46,202 bases of DNA from assembly GCA_025043315.1 (NCBI GenBank), contig GCA_025043315.1_4324.1; one strand, 5' to 3'. Each line of letters starts with the position of its first letter. Position 1 is the first letter of the stretch. The translations under genes and the position numbers were made by a program. Shown piece after piece: positions 44,410 through 46,202 of the stretch. The notes beneath the pieces were generated by a model. It was not told the DNA's origin, made no database searches, and was given only the letters and a program-made list of their open reading frames with translations. Source of the stretch: a phage.

Positions 44410-44421
44410 TTAATTCTCCTA

Positions 44422-45150
44422 TTATGATTCCCAATCTGGAACCGACCAGCAACGACAACCGTATTCTTGACCTGGAAATATATCGTTACCACCTAGTTTA
44501 AAGCTAAGGCCCTCTCTCGCTATATGCGATTGGCGCTCCCTATCGTCCAGCATGCCATGCCAGATGTAACGGCTAACACCAGCATCCTCAAGCCTGCGTC
44601 TCATAAGTGTGGAATTCAGACTTGAAACAATCCCAGACGCAATGTTTGCCGTTCGCTTCCTGTAGATTTTGTACCTATCAGATAGCTTAACGTAGTCACC
44701 ATTCTGTATTGTTGCAGCCGTCTGCAAGAAATCATCTTTAATGTTATTCAGTAATTTAATCGCTGACTTATTAGTGGTGTAAATCCACTGATTTAGGTCA
44801 TCATTATACCAAGGCTCATCACCATTGATGCCGTTAACATCAAGGTTCATAACGCTAGGATTGGACCTTCCTCCGGTCTTTATTGCAAGCACAAGAAATT
44901 GCGAGCTATTGTATCTGTATATAGCTGCACCTATGGCTGGGATGGTTGATATAAATGAAGCCACCAGCGCCGCAATTATCCCGTCAAGATATCCATCCTC
45001 TTCCTCCAGTTCCTCTGCAGTATCAATTTTAAGTCTTGTTGCTGATTCCCTCATTGCTGAAATTAGCTCAGTTACCGCAATGCTAAGATTGCGGTTTACC
45101 TGACTCTCAATTGTCTGTGGGTACTTCCAGCGGGTCATTACTGGTTTCAC
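44422..45150 (-). CDS. minor head (head morphogenesis) protein, Mu F / SPP1 gp7-like
   Basis: C-terminal ...QEYGCRCWSVPDWES with CRC motif; immediately downstream of portal. Confidence 0.6.
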   Translation of the reverse strand: MKPVMTRWKYPQTIESQVNRNLSIAVTELISAMRESATRLKIDTAEELEEEDGYLDGIIAALVASFISTIPAIGAAIYRYNSSQFLVLAIKTGGRSNPSVMNLDVNGINGDEPWYNDDLNQWIYTTNKSAIKLLNNIKDDFLQTAATIQNGDYVKLSDRYKIYRKRTANIASGIVSSLNSTLMRRRLEDAGVSRYIWHGMLDDRERQSHIAREGLSFKLGGNDIFPGQEYGCRCWSVPDWES

Positions 45151-46202
45151 TAATTGTCACCTCTGTTTCTACTGAACCGTCACTAATCTTAACCTCTGGA
45201 GCGATTGTGCGCAATGTATCTCTTGCCTCATCAATATCCATAGCGCCAGCTGCAATTAGTGTCGCAATGCTGTTTACATTCTTCTCCAGAATCTCTGCTT
45301 TGTCCTTGCTTGATTCCTGTGCCAGAGGGTTAAACTCAACTGACCATTCGTCAACGTTAACAATGAACGGGATTAAGAACTCAAGAATAGGAAGCAGTTC
45401 AGAGTTACGTTTGCGGTCAACCAGCTTATGGAATGTCTCAAGCGCTGTATTCTGGCTTGAAGATACGCCTCCGACGTTCTTGTTCTTCAGGATGATTTCA
45501 TGAATGCCGCTCAGCGCAACGATCCTGTCAAACTTCTTATCCAGGAACGAATCAATCCCGCCAATGTCAGAGTTCAGAACGCTATACTCTTCAGATTCCG
45601 CGTCAATGCCAATCGCCTGACCAACGCCGCTATTGTTATCAACCTGTGCTAGGCGCAACCTTGCAGCACCAAATCCTTCACTATCATCACATAACTCAGC
45701 CAGATTTTTGGCTTTCCATACCGCCTGCTGCTTGCGCTTCAGTAACTGCGTAGCAAGTCGTTCACAGTTGGTGTAATCCTTAATTGAGTCAAGAATATCA
45801 CTGGATAGAACGCTGCGGCCCCACCCATCATTTTGCCGACGCATTACGTTAGGAATTCGCTCGCCATCGATGATATGAATTCGGCTGTAATGCACATCGT
45901 AAAACATATCGCTTTCGTTTGTGGTGATACGATAGGTTAGCGGCTTGCCAAAGCGCGCGTTGCGTGGGTTCTCCTCGCGAGTTTGTACTTTTACTTGTGT
46001 GCGGTCGTAAACACGGACAGTTTCAAGTTCAGCGCCTTCTCTGACCGGGCTTGTTAGCGCTCTATTATCCTTAACGATAGCGACAATGGCAGAGCCACCG
46101 AATAATCTCGCCCATGACCAGGCATCGTTAATATTCTGCGTCATTTCTAGGTCATCCCAGCGTGACCAGAATGCAGGTTCGTCATCAATACCATCAATGT
46201 GG
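45107..46202 (-). CDS. portal protein, 3' part (runs off the right edge)
   Basis: 345 aa from first ATG but frame stays open upstream to the window end. Confidence 0.65.
   Translation of the reverse strand, partial: HIDGIDDEPAFWSRWDDLEMTQNINDAWSWARLFGGSAIVAIVKDNRALTSPVREGAELETVRVYDRTQVKVQTREENPRNARFGKPLTYRITTNESDMFYDVHYSRIHIIDGERIPNVMRRQNDGWGRSVLSSDILDSIKDYTNCERLATQLLKRKQQAVWKAKNLAELCDDSEGFGAARLRLAQVDNNSGVGQAIGIDAESEEYSVLNSDIGGIDSFLDKKFDRIVALSGIHEIILKNKNVGGVSSSQNTALETFHKLVDRKRNSELLPILEFLIPFIVNVDEWSVEFNPLAQESSKDKAEILEKNVNSIATLIAAGAMDIDEARDTLRTIAPEVKISDGSVETEVTISETSNDPLEVPTDN

Noticed and set aside
1-46202. Lysogeny module (integrase, repressor, att site) or prophage boundaries
   Set aside because: No integrase- or repressor-like ORF and no host-like genes at either end; the window looks like a virulent phage genome. 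Absence is based on reading only, not a search.

Overview
The window reads as a near-complete genome of a virulent tailed phage (siphovirus-type), linearised inside the portal gene. All calls are from reading the sequence and ORF track by eye; no database search or alignment tool was run. Gene content (HK97-like capsid, lambda-like tail-tip module M-L-K-I-J, tape measure with G/GT chaperones, SAR endolysin plus unimolecular spanin, Erf/exonuclease/SSB, SF2 helicase plus VRR-NUC, two HNH-AP2 endonucleases) is most reminiscent of T1-like enterobacterial phages, but that assignment is inference. No integrase, repressor, CRISPR array or phage RNA polymerase was seen. Layout: minus-strand early genes, a tRNA and terminase (1-7124); plus-strand block (7792-11630); minus-strand lysis/helicase block (11645-18045); plus-strand block ending in a tail fibre (18147-22579); minus-strand recombination block (22637-25524); plus-strand block (25963-27961); minus-strand structural operon (27993-46202). 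The strongest signal not explained by genes is a conserved promoter-like module in about 16 copies: a 15-bp palindrome TAGCA-N5-TGCTA, a fixed 22-bp spacer, a TATAAT-like hexamer and a conserved leader. This looks like a phage regulon driven by an unidentified dimeric factor. Other notable items: two diverged copies of a ~330-bp regulatory region with microsatellites and iteron-like repeats, a truncated inverted paralog of the P-loop replication gene, a Rha-like gene split by an in-frame TAG, a hairpin/T-tract/SD cassette in three copies, two promoter-bearing morons inside the tail operon, a G/GT -1 frameshift site, and a recent 69-bp triplication in the tail fibre gene.
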